64,000 nt of DNA from positions 192,001-256,000 of the IMG/VR virus record IMGVR_UViG_3300042010_000129. One strand, given 5' to 3'. The notes under the pieces are model-generated. The model made no database searches and was not told where the DNA came from. It saw only the letters and a list, made by a program, of their open reading frames with translations. Shown here piece after piece: positions 25,695 to 33,613 of the stretch. This DNA is from a virus (taxonomy: Duplodnaviria > Caudoviricetes). The first letter of the stretch is position 1, and each line of letters opens with the position of its first letter. The translations under genes and the position numbers were made by a program.

Positions 25695-25783
25695 GGAAAA
25701 CTTCCCTTATTTCGTGAGTGTAGTTACGTCGGGCACAGGGGTGCCACGCTGCACAGTATGCACTTCTAGAGCGCTGGCGTCAA
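25695..25783 (-). promoter_or_regulatory. sigma70 promoter-stem-loop-leader cassette P6
   Basis: TTGACG-17-CATACT, GGCAC/GTGCC hairpin, ACACTCACGAAATAAGGGAAGTTT. Confidence 0.85.
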
Positions 25784-26140
25784 GGCTAGGCTGTCCAGCC
25801 ACATGCGCTTGACCGGGCTGTAATAGCGGCGCGAGACAGGGAAGTTAAATCCGCCCTTCAACGACACGAAATAATCGGAGGATGCAGGGGCGCGACCTAC
25901 TTCAATGATCGAATTCAAACGAACCAAAGTACCGCGATGGACTGGAATAAAATCCTCTTTGAAACGTTCGTCCGCAATCAACTGACGCAGCGATTCAGTC
26001 CAGATCGGACGATCCTTGTTATTGCGCAAAATAACTTCGACGTATTTGTCGGAAGCGTGAAACGCAACAATGTCTTCGCGGTTGAATTCGATCACACGCA
26101 AACCGAGGCGCGTGCTAAATTCGAAGGTCGTGCCCTGCAT
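25766..26140 (-). CDS. stand-alone LytTR DNA-binding domain protein
   Basis: DIVAFHASDKYV ... ESLRQL ... FIPVHRGTLV..SI ... L..G..FPVSRRY; no receiver domain. Confidence 0.85.
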   Translation of the reverse strand: MQGTTFEFSTRLGLRVIEFNREDIVAFHASDKYVEVILRNNKDRPIWTESLRQLIADERFKEDFIPVHRGTLVRLNSIIEVGRAPASSDYFVSLKGGFNFPVSRRYYSPVKRMWLDSLALTPAL

Positions 26141-26149
26141 GGTATTTCC

Positions 26150-26758
26150 TTATGTTTTGAGCAAAGCCAGCAAATCTTTCAGTTCGTCTTTGGAACGTTG
26201 AGCAACGCTGTCCTGAACTTTTTTGCTGCTGGATTTGAAATAGATCGCAACCGAAGAGCCGCGATAGTTTTGGACTTTCTCGATGAACTCTTTGTCAGTC
26301 CCTTTGAAGTTCGGGCCGAGTGCCTTGATGGTCAGGCTGGTGTTCGGCCCGTACTGAATCGAAACGCTCAGCACACATTCGCGCACCGCAACATGGCGGT
26401 CGTAAATGTCGATGTAGCTGGCCTTCAGTTTCGCGGCCTGCGGTTCGTAGTGCGTCGATGCGATGTACAGAAATTGGTTGGTCGCAAATTCGAGCGGTTT
26501 TTCTGCTGCGATTTTGTTGTAGACCTCGGTAAACGCTTTGGTGCCCGGTTCCAGACTGCCAAACGCTGCGCGGTAAGGCGCACCGAATTGCGAAGCGAGG
26601 TATTTCGCCATGGAACCATTTTTCGAAGCCAGTTGGTGCTTGCCGTAGCTCACACCGCCCGCGTCACCTTTGCCAGTGCTGACGGTTTTTACGCCACGGC
26701 CACCGGATTCATATTTACCAGCGATATCGCCGGTAATCTCACGTCGTGCATTAGTCAT
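26150..26758 (-). CDS. stand-alone muramidase (VgrG3 C-terminal-like lysozyme), endolysin candidate
   Basis: KYESGGRGVKTVSTGKGDAGGVSYGKHQLAS; clear homology to the domain in 44883..48401. Confidence 0.75.
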   Translation of the reverse strand: MTNARREITGDIAGKYESGGRGVKTVSTGKGDAGGVSYGKHQLASKNGSMAKYLASQFGAPYRAAFGSLEPGTKAFTEVYNKIAAEKPLEFATNQFLYIASTHYEPQAAKLKASYIDIYDRHVAVRECVLSVSIQYGPNTSLTIKALGPNFKGTDKEFIEKVQNYRGSSVAIYFKSSSKKVQDSVAQRSKDELKDLLALLKT

Positions 26759-26807
26759 AGTGACTTTTCCTTTCGGTTGGTTTCTATGACTAAATTACGA
26801 CGATCAA

Positions 26808-27323
26808 TTATTTACGTTCCGGATGTACAACATTTCCGGTTGGAACCAGCAGGCCGCTGAAGTTTGTCCACTCGGAACTGCTTTCGCAGCGTGGGCACTT
26901 GTGCTTGAATTTGTGGTCGCCCAAAACTTCCAACAACAAATCCTGTGCAGGTTCGTCAGTCAGAAACTTTTTGCAATTCGGACATTGCAAATCCAGTGGG
27001 CCACGGCTCACACCGTCGCGCCCCGACATACCGACGCAGCCCATAGCGCCCTGCATCCCCGGTGGCCCTTGAAAGATTTTCAACCAGCGCGCAAGCAGTG
27101 GCATCCACGTAACAATGCCCTGATAATCACGATAGTTTCCGACGTAGCGTTTTGCACAATCTTCTGCGACGCTGCGTGGATCAAGTTCGTTGTTGTAGCA
27201 GTCCAGTTTTTCGGACTCTTCTTCGAAAATCGTGTCGGAAATGTTGAACCATGTAGGCCACAACATCGGACGCATTTGCGGGATATAACTCCCGTCTTTG
27301 TAAAGCACTCGACTGTACATCAA
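26808..27323 (-). CDS. protein with a short collagen-like stretch and a zinc ribbon
   Basis: GPPGMQGAMGCVGMSGRDG; CPNC ... CPRC. Confidence 0.7.
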   Translation of the reverse strand: MMYSRVLYKDGSYIPQMRPMLWPTWFNISDTIFEEESEKLDCYNNELDPRSVAEDCAKRYVGNYRDYQGIVTWMPLLARWLKIFQGPPGMQGAMGCVGMSGRDGVSRGPLDLQCPNCKKFLTDEPAQDLLLEVLGDHKFKHKCPRCESSSEWTNFSGLLVPTGNVVHPERK

Positions 27324-27772
27324 ATACTCCCGTCTTCTTTTCGGAAAAATTTCAGATCAGATGCGGATTCCACAAGCGCCACAAATTCAGGACTCCATGG
27401 CGTGTTGTATGAACGGAAAAGGTTTGTCATTTTGTACGACGCCGGAATGCGTTCATCGACAATCAGAATGACGCGTGCGCCGGACGTTGGACACTGGATC
27501 GCGATCACGTCCAATGGGCCGAGGTCTTTTGCGGCTTCCTTGTAATTTTCCGCCCACATGTTCACTACGTTGTAAGCCAGACGGCCTTCGTCGATTTTCC
27601 GGATTTTGACGCCCATCGGCTGACCATCCAGTTCGTCGAAGTCATCCTGCAAAATGACGCTGAAATAATTGCCGTAGTTGGATGGTACACCCGGCTCTTT
27701 GAAAATGCCCACGCACGATTGCGAAAGCAGATACACCTTGCAATTCAGTTTACGGATCACAGTCGGCCCCAC
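27320..27772 (-). CDS. hypothetical protein
   Basis: 150-aa ORF. Confidence 0.7.
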   Translation of the reverse strand: MGPTVIRKLNCKVYLLSQSCVGIFKEPGVPSNYGNYFSVILQDDFDELDGQPMGVKIRKIDEGRLAYNVVNMWAENYKEAAKDLGPLDVIAIQCPTSGARVILIVDERIPASYKMTNLFRSYNTPWSPEFVALVESASDLKFFRKEDGSI

Positions 27773-27969
27773 GTTTGGTAATCGGCTTCGGTCATGTGCG
27801 AATCATCACGCATTTTCTTTTCGTATGTGCGCAAATCTTCGACATGGTTTTCACACGCTGCTTTGCTCAGTCCACCGAGTCCGCTTTTGCGAAAGCAGGC
27901 TGCAACTTTTTGCCCGGCTTCTTTGCACCACGTGCAGTTGTAAGGTTCATTTATTTTGACTTTTTTCAT
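27757..27969 (-). CDS. small Zn-binding protein
   Basis: CTWC ... AC..H. Confidence 0.65.
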   Translation of the reverse strand: MKKVKINEPYNCTWCKEAGQKVAACFRKSGLGGLSKAACENHVEDLRTYEKKMRDDSHMTEADYQTWGRL

Positions 27970-28271
27970 TTGGCGTCGGTGGCGTCAAACACGTGCCAAA
28001 TCAGACCGCCGTTTTCGGTGCTGACAGTGCCGATGAATTTGCCCGGTTCGGTTTGCGGTTCACCTTCGTAGGTGCTGCGATCTTTCGGAACTTTGTGACC
28101 GGTGCCGTAAATGTCGATAACTTTCGTGACGGTCGATTCAGTGCCGTAGTCGATCAGCGCGTACAGCACAACTTCGCCACGCTGTTCGATCACAGAAAGA
28201 ATTTGTGCCGGTGCCGGAATTTCCAACACTTGGCGGTCGGTTACATTCAGCACGTATTTGCCGATGATCAT
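27966..28271 (-). CDS. conserved phage protein
   Basis: I.KY.L...Q...P..A..LSV..Q...LYA.+D...IYGTG...FIGT...LIWHVF, a pattern common in tailed phages. Confidence 0.7.
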   Translation of the reverse strand: MIIGKYVLNVTDRQVLEIPAPAQILSVIEQRGEVVLYALIDYGTESTVTKVIDIYGTGHKVPKDRSTYEGEPQTEPGKFIGTVSTENGGLIWHVFDATDAK

Positions 28272-28681
28272 TCGTTGATTTCCATTTTGTTTACGTGGTC
28301 AGTGGGCGCCTGTACAAAAGGCACCAGACGGCCACGCTGCAAACCAGCAAATGGCGTCCACTTTTCATAACTGGCGTTGTACTTACACATGCCTGCAAGC
28401 AATGCGGCGCGTGACTGTTCCGCAACTTCGATACTGTCGGTTGGAACCGCGTAAAAGGCGAAGTAATTCGGATTGAGTTTGTGAATCGACTGATCAGGCC
28501 ACACCAAATGGCCGCGCCCGTCCGTACCGATTTGCCGGTGAATAATTCCGTAGGGTTCCCAACGCTGACTTTCTTCGTCAAAGGCTACGGCAAACCAGCA
28601 ATCGGCGGTGAATTTGAATTTAACGCGCTGTGAAGCCCGATGGCAGGTCGTAGTCAAACGTCCCTTCAAATTTGCTCGCAT
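28268..28681 (-). CDS. hypothetical protein
   Basis: 137 aa; start uncertain (62-nt overlap). Confidence 0.6.
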   Translation of the reverse strand: MRANLKGRLTTTCHRASQRVKFKFTADCWFAVAFDEESQRWEPYGIIHRQIGTDGRGHLVWPDQSIHKLNPNYFAFYAVPTDSIEVAEQSRAALLAGMCKYNASYEKWTPFAGLQRGRLVPFVQAPTDHVNKMEINE

Positions 28682-29000
28682 CTACTTTCATCCCCATTGA
28701 AAAACTATTCGGATGTTGCTGCTGTTCGATAGCCTCACGCAGGCGTTTCACCATCGCAGGATGTGCCACGATTTTCTGGCCGAACATCATCATTTGATCC
28801 GACGGTACTTTGAACGGAATACGATTGAAACGTTGTTCAGGTTTCCAGCGTTTGCGGTGCGACCATTTCCGCTCTTCGAGGTGATATTTAAGTTTCACCA
28901 TGCTCGGGTCTTCAATGATTTGGAAGCCTTGGCATCCCATTAAAGAACCGAGGCCCTCGATACCGGGGAACAAGTTCCCGTTTCGATCCGGATACGACAT
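28620..29000 (-). CDS. hypothetical protein
   Basis: 126 aa, GGAG SD. Confidence 0.7.
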   Translation of the reverse strand: MSYPDRNGNLFPGIEGLGSLMGCQGFQIIEDPSMVKLKYHLEERKWSHRKRWKPEQRFNRIPFKVPSDQMMMFGQKIVAHPAMVKRLREAIEQQQHPNSFSMGMKVDASKFEGTFDYDLPSGFTAR

Positions 29001-29328
29001 TGTTCACTTCTCCAAAAAGGCCGACTAATTTTCGCGATGCAATTTGCTGGCCTTCGGAAGCCAGTAATTCTTTGTAGGTGAAATCGCGCAGGCGGTGCCA
29101 GTGTTCAAAATATTCACGGCGGCTGCTGGTCTGGCGCAGAAGTGCAACGCGTTTCAACGGTTCGTGCATGCCGAACGCAGCATACAACACCCGATCAATA
29201 AACGGATCATCACGCTCAGATTTGCGCCCGTGGATTTGATCGAACGTAACTTCCTGCAAGACGCGACAGAAATCCCGATAGTCACCGCCACCGAAATTCG
29301 CAAATAAAATAAAAGCTTCGACTCGCAT
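28912..29328 (-). CDS. hypothetical protein
   Basis: 138 aa from MRVEAF; 89-nt overlap with the next gene. Confidence 0.6.
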   Translation of the reverse strand: MRVEAFILFANFGGGDYRDFCRVLQEVTFDQIHGRKSERDDPFIDRVLYAAFGMHEPLKRVALLRQTSSRREYFEHWHRLRDFTYKELLASEGQQIASRKLVGLFGEVNNVVSGSKRELVPRYRGPRFFNGMPRLPNH

Positions 29329-29340
29329 ATAGTTCCCCAA

Positions 29341-29358
29341 AGGGCCGTCCTTGGCCCA
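29341..29358 (-). terminator. putative terminator
   Basis: GGGCC-AAGGAC-GGCCC-TTT, near-identical to 33206-33230. Confidence 0.5.
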
Positions 29359-29364
29359 CTCGAA

Positions 29365-30342
29365 TTACTTAGAGATTTCTTCCATCTGAATAACGCGTTT
29401 CTTCGGCATTTTCTTTCCGTCGCCGCCACAGGTCGCGTGGTCAGGGCCGTCGTTGTAGTACGGCAGATGCGGGCGGATGGTGTCAGTGAACAATTTCCAC
29501 GCCACAACATCATGGATGCAAATATCACGATCCGAACCGACCTGATCCACGCTTTGGTAGGACTGCAAATCGTCCAGCATATTGCGGATCACATGCGGCG
29601 CGAATCGTGCGAAGTCTTCACCGAGGCGAATTGCATGCAGCATGGAGCGGTCGAACTCTTCACGCGGGTTGGAATACGAAGCGAAAGTTTTTGCAGGATC
29701 AAGAATCCATGGTGCGGACAGCATCGCCTCACCTTCGCCCAAAACTACTTCGAATTCACCTTCAAATCCGAGGTTGCGATTGCGTTTTTCGAGGTTCAAT
29801 GCAGACGTGATATACGAACGGGAAAACCGATTACGTTCGTCGTAGAAAAACCAGTGTTGCGGTCGCGCCGATTTCCAGATTTCGAAAAGGGCACCCAACA
29901 GGTTTTCCAGAATCTCGGTGCTAGGCACCAGCACGTGCATTTCGCAGCCGCTGCCGTGGCGGTCTACGTGCTTGCCGAGCATGTGAATCAGTTGCGAGAA
30001 AAGTTCGAAAGACATTTCACGCAAATACGAAACTTCCGGGCAGAAAATGACGTGCCCTGAAAAACTATACTGCGTCAAAATCTTTTGAGTTGCGTTCAGG
30101 TCAGAATCCGCACCAAAACATGCGATGTTATCCGGCTGCTGACCTTTGAAGCAATTGCGCACGCGTTGTTCTGCTGCGTCTTCAGTGGCGCCGATCACGA
30201 TCACGTTGATTGTGTGGTCAGACAGGCGCATGACGGCCTTCGTATCCTGATCGGGTACACCCAGTCCGTAACCGAACATGATGGAACGGGAAATCTTGTC
30301 AAACATTTGCGGTGTGTCGATAACGCTATGATGAAATTTCAT
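29365..30342 (-). CDS. hypothetical protein
   Basis: 325 aa, AAGGA SD; no family confidently recognised. Confidence 0.8.
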   Translation of the reverse strand: MKFHHSVIDTPQMFDKISRSIMFGYGLGVPDQDTKAVMRLSDHTINVIVIGATEDAAEQRVRNCFKGQQPDNIACFGADSDLNATQKILTQYSFSGHVIFCPEVSYLREMSFELFSQLIHMLGKHVDRHGSGCEMHVLVPSTEILENLLGALFEIWKSARPQHWFFYDERNRFSRSYITSALNLEKRNRNLGFEGEFEVVLGEGEAMLSAPWILDPAKTFASYSNPREEFDRSMLHAIRLGEDFARFAPHVIRNMLDDLQSYQSVDQVGSDRDICIHDVVAWKLFTDTIRPHLPYYNDGPDHATCGGDGKKMPKKRVIQMEEISK

Positions 30343-30421
30343 TCGATATTATTCCTTCGCGCTTTCCACGCGTAAGTAAAGGGCAGCACTATGTGCGCCG
30401 CCCAGTTGGTGCTGCACTGCT

Positions 30422-30431
30422 TATTTACAGT
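30422..30431 (-). promoter_or_regulatory. ACTGTAAATA motif
   Basis: Overlaps the stop of 30425..30754; followed by a GCAGCAC/GTGCTGC hairpin; about 80 nt upstream of ATG 30342. Confidence 0.55.
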
Positions 30432-30754
30432 TTGTCGCTGGTTTCGTCCAACAAGGTGTCGATGGCCGATGGCTGAATGCCGCTAGTGGTGTGGTTGAAG
30501 ACTTTGCGAATTTCCGCAATGCGCGACAGCAGGAAATTTTCCAGCCCGTCATCACCGAGATACATATTGTCGTTGCAGGTATCCCACAGATTGAAGCCGC
30601 AGAACTGCACACCGAATTCCCCGGCTGCGTAGCTGAACGACAGCAACGGAACCAAATGCTCCAGACGTTCCGGCAAACCTTCGTAAACGAGGTGGTCGTT
30701 GATCTTGTCCACAATGCGGACAATTTGATCGGGTGTACTTACGTCGAATTCCAT
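30425..30754 (-). CDS. hypothetical protein
   Basis: 109-aa acidic ORF. Confidence 0.7.
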   Translation of the reverse strand: MEFDVSTPDQIVRIVDKINDHLVYEGLPERLEHLVPLLSFSYAAGEFGVQFCGFNLWDTCNDNMYLGDDGLENFLLSRIAEIRKVFNHTTSGIQPSAIDTLLDETSDKL

Positions 30755-30760
30755 ACCGCC

Positions 30761-31189
30761 TCACTTTATATTTTTCAGTTTTTGCTCAGTACGTTTTACA
30801 TACTTGAGCAAATCTTTTTTGTTGAGTAGCGAAAGAGTTGCAATGCACGGTTTAGGCAGGTACTGACCACGCTTGATCAGTGCAATGTTGTAGCGCGCCT
30901 GTGCGTCTTCTGCCATTTCCAAAACGTCGCGGTAGACCATGCGGTTGATGGGCCAGACGATGCGCAGGTACACGAACGGCTTACCACTGCCGACCGTACC
31001 GCACCATTCGGATTTCCCTTTGCAGCGCCCGCATTTGAAAATGGAAACGTCTACGTTTTTCTGGATCACTTCCCAGCGGCGTTTCTGGAAAAAACCCATG
31101 CCTTTCAGGCCGTGATTACACACCGGACATTCTTCGATGCCGTAGGCGGTAATCGGTGCAACGAACCACGATTTGATCAGGGCAATCAT
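30761..31189 (-). CDS. zinc-ribbon protein
   Basis: CPVC ... CGRC. Confidence 0.7.
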   Translation of the reverse strand: MIALIKSWFVAPITAYGIEECPVCNHGLKGMGFFQKRRWEVIQKNVDVSIFKCGRCKGKSEWCGTVGSGKPFVYLRIVWPINRMVYRDVLEMAEDAQARYNIALIKRGQYLPKPCIATLSLLNKKDLLKYVKRTEQKLKNIK

Positions 31190-31506
31190 GGAATCTTGAT
31201 CCCAAGCAGATTTGCGGTGCGGATGATATCGGAGTACGTGCCGCCCGTTGGCAACGCATCCAATTCAGCGCGGATTTTTGCAGTCGGTTCCAACAGCTTT
31301 TCCATTTCCGCCAGAACGTCACTCAACGTTTCGGTCTTTGGAGTTTCGGACGGCGTGAAACGAATTGCTTTGTCAGGATTGCGCGAACATTCCAGACGGT
31401 GACGCAGACGATCCAGTTGCCCGCATGCCTTCAACAACGCAGCGCGTGCGTTCAAGTAGCGAATTTGATCCTGATCGGTGCAGCGGGTAATTTTGTGGTC
31501 GGTCAT
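31186..31506 (-). CDS. hypothetical protein
   Basis: 106-aa ORF. Confidence 0.7.
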   Translation of the reverse strand: MTDHKITRCTDQDQIRYLNARAALLKACGQLDRLRHRLECSRNPDKAIRFTPSETPKTETLSDVLAEMEKLLEPTAKIRAELDALPTGGTYSDIIRTANLLGIKIP

Positions 31507-32090
31507 CCGTAAAGTCCTTCGCGCATGAGTCGTTGTTTAATTGGATTGATATCGGTGCCGTAGCGGTCGATACGGGCCAGCACTTTTTTCATGTCGGGTT
31601 TATTGCGCAGATTGTAAATCGGGATATCAAATTCCCACGCAATCATAATCGCAACCCCGGTGCCGCCTGTACGCCCACGCAGATAACCGGATGGGCTGAC
31701 GCAACCGTCTGGCGTCCAGCACACTAAAAATTCGGATGGATCGGAATCTTCTACGCAGGTAGACAGGCCGACCACTTGAAAAGCATTGCGGCGAAACATT
31801 TTCATGTGTTGCTTATTCTGGATCACAATTGGATAAACTTTCTGTGCCAGATATTCGCCCCACATCGCTTGTTCTTCGGTGTACTGCCAGATGCCAGTTT
31901 GATGCCCACGAAACCCGCGATCAGGCAGATAAATTTCCGTGTGCTTGGCACCGTCCTCAAAAGCTTTGTCGGAGCCTTTCGCGGCCCCGGAGCGCATAAT
32001 AGAATTCGGCTTCGTCTGTGCAAACAACGTCTCAACCATGCAGACGCTTTCAGGTGTTTTCTGACTGCCGACGCCTGTCCACTTTTTCAC
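31503..32090 (-). CDS. DprA/Smf-like SLOG-fold protein
   Basis: WTGVGSQKTP, MRSGAAKGSDKAFEDG, IYLP, RNAFQVVG, FLVCWTPDG, GGTGVAI...IPIYNL. Confidence 0.8.
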   Translation of the reverse strand: MKKWTGVGSQKTPESVCMVETLFAQTKPNSIMRSGAAKGSDKAFEDGAKHTEIYLPDRGFRGHQTGIWQYTEEQAMWGEYLAQKVYPIVIQNKQHMKMFRRNAFQVVGLSTCVEDSDPSEFLVCWTPDGCVSPSGYLRGRTGGTGVAIMIAWEFDIPIYNLRNKPDMKKVLARIDRYGTDINPIKQRLMREGLYG

Positions 32091-32108
32091 GTTCCTTTTT
32101 CCATCGTG

Positions 32109-32390
32109 TCACCACTGGTTGATTTGAATGGGCGTTAGATTCATGTGGGTTGCATGCTTCACAACGCCGCGTAGAAAGTCACCGGAATAATCGTCAGAAA
32201 CGACTTGGTGCAAATAATGATTTCCGGAAAGGTGTGCGTAGGAAACAGATTCGCGGATCACGCCCCACGGCAGGAAAGGAAGAACCAAACGCACGGCACG
32301 CACTTGCATGATCGTGGTCAGATAGGCTGCTTGAAGCCCGGCCCGTTCTGCATGCTGATCGTCTGCAAACAAAACGATGTATTCATTCAT
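32109..32390 (-). CDS. hypothetical protein
   Basis: 93-aa ORF. Confidence 0.65.
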   Translation of the reverse strand: MNEYIVLFADDQHAERAGLQAAYLTTIMQVRAVRLVLPFLPWGVIRESVSYAHLSGNHYLHQVVSDDYSGDFLRGVVKHATHMNLTPIQINQW

Positions 32391-32875
32391 GGGAATATTT
32401 GCAAAGACGCTTGCTCAGGATGGAACCAGTCGCCAATCGGTCGGCCTTCGGAATTGAAATACCCGTCAGCCATCAGGTAGGCCATGATTTCCCAATTCGA
32501 TTTTACGACTTCCAGATTATCCGGATTATGGCCGGTGGAAATGCCGGTGGAATTCATCAGGAAGTTCGGGTTTTTCACACTGTGTTCGATACCCACCAGC
32601 TTCCAGCGGAAACACAGGTTGTACAGCGGCGTGCCGTCACAGTCGCGAGTGAAGTTCTGCACGAACAAACGCAAGCCTGCCATCGAACCGCTTTTGATTT
32701 CGACCAAAGTTAACAGTTGCAATTCGTGCTGTTTTTCCATGTTGCGTTCTTTGCGCGTGGTGCCGTCTTCCCCGACGATGTGGTGGCCGGTCACAAGCGA
32801 TCCGCGTTCATCGTTGAACACCACGCCTTCCGGGCGAACCAGCATGCCGCCAACTTCTACCGTTTCATTTGACAT
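32387..32875 (-). CDS. hypothetical protein
   Basis: 162-aa ORF. Confidence 0.7.
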   Translation of the reverse strand: MSNETVEVGGMLVRPEGVVFNDERGSLVTGHHIVGEDGTTRKERNMEKQHELQLLTLVEIKSGSMAGLRLFVQNFTRDCDGTPLYNLCFRWKLVGIEHSVKNPNFLMNSTGISTGHNPDNLEVVKSNWEIMAYLMADGYFNSEGRPIGDWFHPEQASLQIFP

Positions 32876-33191
32876 GGGATGGCTTCTCGATTTCGTAGAT
32901 TACGAAGTCCTCGTTTCCGTGTTCGATATGTTCGAGATTTCCACGGTCGTTGGTTTTGAATTCGCCCATTGGCAGAAAGCGACGTTTGAATTCGTCGTGC
33001 CACACACCGTATTCGGTTTTCTTGCCGTCGCGGTAGTGAGTCGGGCCGCACGCGCTGCACAGCATTTTCCCTTCGCGTTCTGGTGCATACGACCAGTCGA
33101 AAAGTTTACGCATGAAACTCAGTTTAAAACCTTGTGCAGCACATGCCGTATTTTCACAGCAGCCGCAATGTTCGCACTGAAACAAACTCAT
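32865..33191 (-). CDS. zinc-binding conserved phage protein
   Basis: MSLFQCEHCGCCENTA ... LCSAC. Confidence 0.7.
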   Translation of the reverse strand: MSLFQCEHCGCCENTACAAQGFKLSFMRKLFDWSYAPEREGKMLCSACGPTHYRDGKKTEYGVWHDEFKRRFLPMGEFKTNDRGNLEHIEHGNEDFVIYEIEKPSHVK

Positions 33192-33205
33192 AAAATTTCT
33201 CCCTA

Positions 33206-33230
33206 AAAGAAAAGGGCCTTCCTTGGCCCA
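33206..33230 (-). terminator. intrinsic terminator
   Basis: GGGCC-AAGGAA-GGCCC-TTTTCTTTT. Confidence 0.7.
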
Positions 33231-33237
33231 ATTTCAT

Positions 33238-33600
33238 TTACGCGTTGACAGGGGCCGCAGGTGCGTCCGGCTCTTCTTCCTCTTCTTCCTCTTCCTCTTC
33301 TTCCTCTTCCTCTTCTTCCTCTTCTTCCTCTTCTTCCTCTTCTTCCTCTTCGCCATCGTCAGGCATGCCGAAAGCGTATTGGAAAGCGCCGCTGGAAAAC
33401 GCGAGTTCTTCACCGAAGCCAACGAACGTGTCTACGTTCCCGGCGTGATGGCACAATTTCTGGCCGACGAAATACATGCACTCGACCTGATCGGCAACCT
33501 GTTCGCCTTCGATTTCGCGGTAGAAAACAGCGCTCACGGTCATGGCGATAGGGCTGTTTTTCGGTGCAGTCAGTGCGCCAACATATGGAACTTGGGACAT
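33238..33600 (-). CDS. acidic protein with a 27-Glu homopolymer tail
   Basis: 120 aa from MSQVPY (GGAG SD); 33271-33351 is 27 GAA/GAG codons. Confidence 0.75.
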   Translation of the reverse strand: MSQVPYVGALTAPKNSPIAMTVSAVFYREIEGEQVADQVECMYFVGQKLCHHAGNVDTFVGFGEELAFSSGAFQYAFGMPDDGEEEEEEEEEEEEEEEEEEEEEEEEEEEPDAPAAPVNA

Positions 33601-33613
33601 GGGAAAACTCCAG

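Noticed and set aside
29365-30342. Faint resemblance to a thymidylate synthase fold (LGFEGEFEVVLGE; C-terminal region)
   Set aside because: The catalytic PCH, RS.D and N/HIY motifs are absent; needs HHpred or structure prediction before any call
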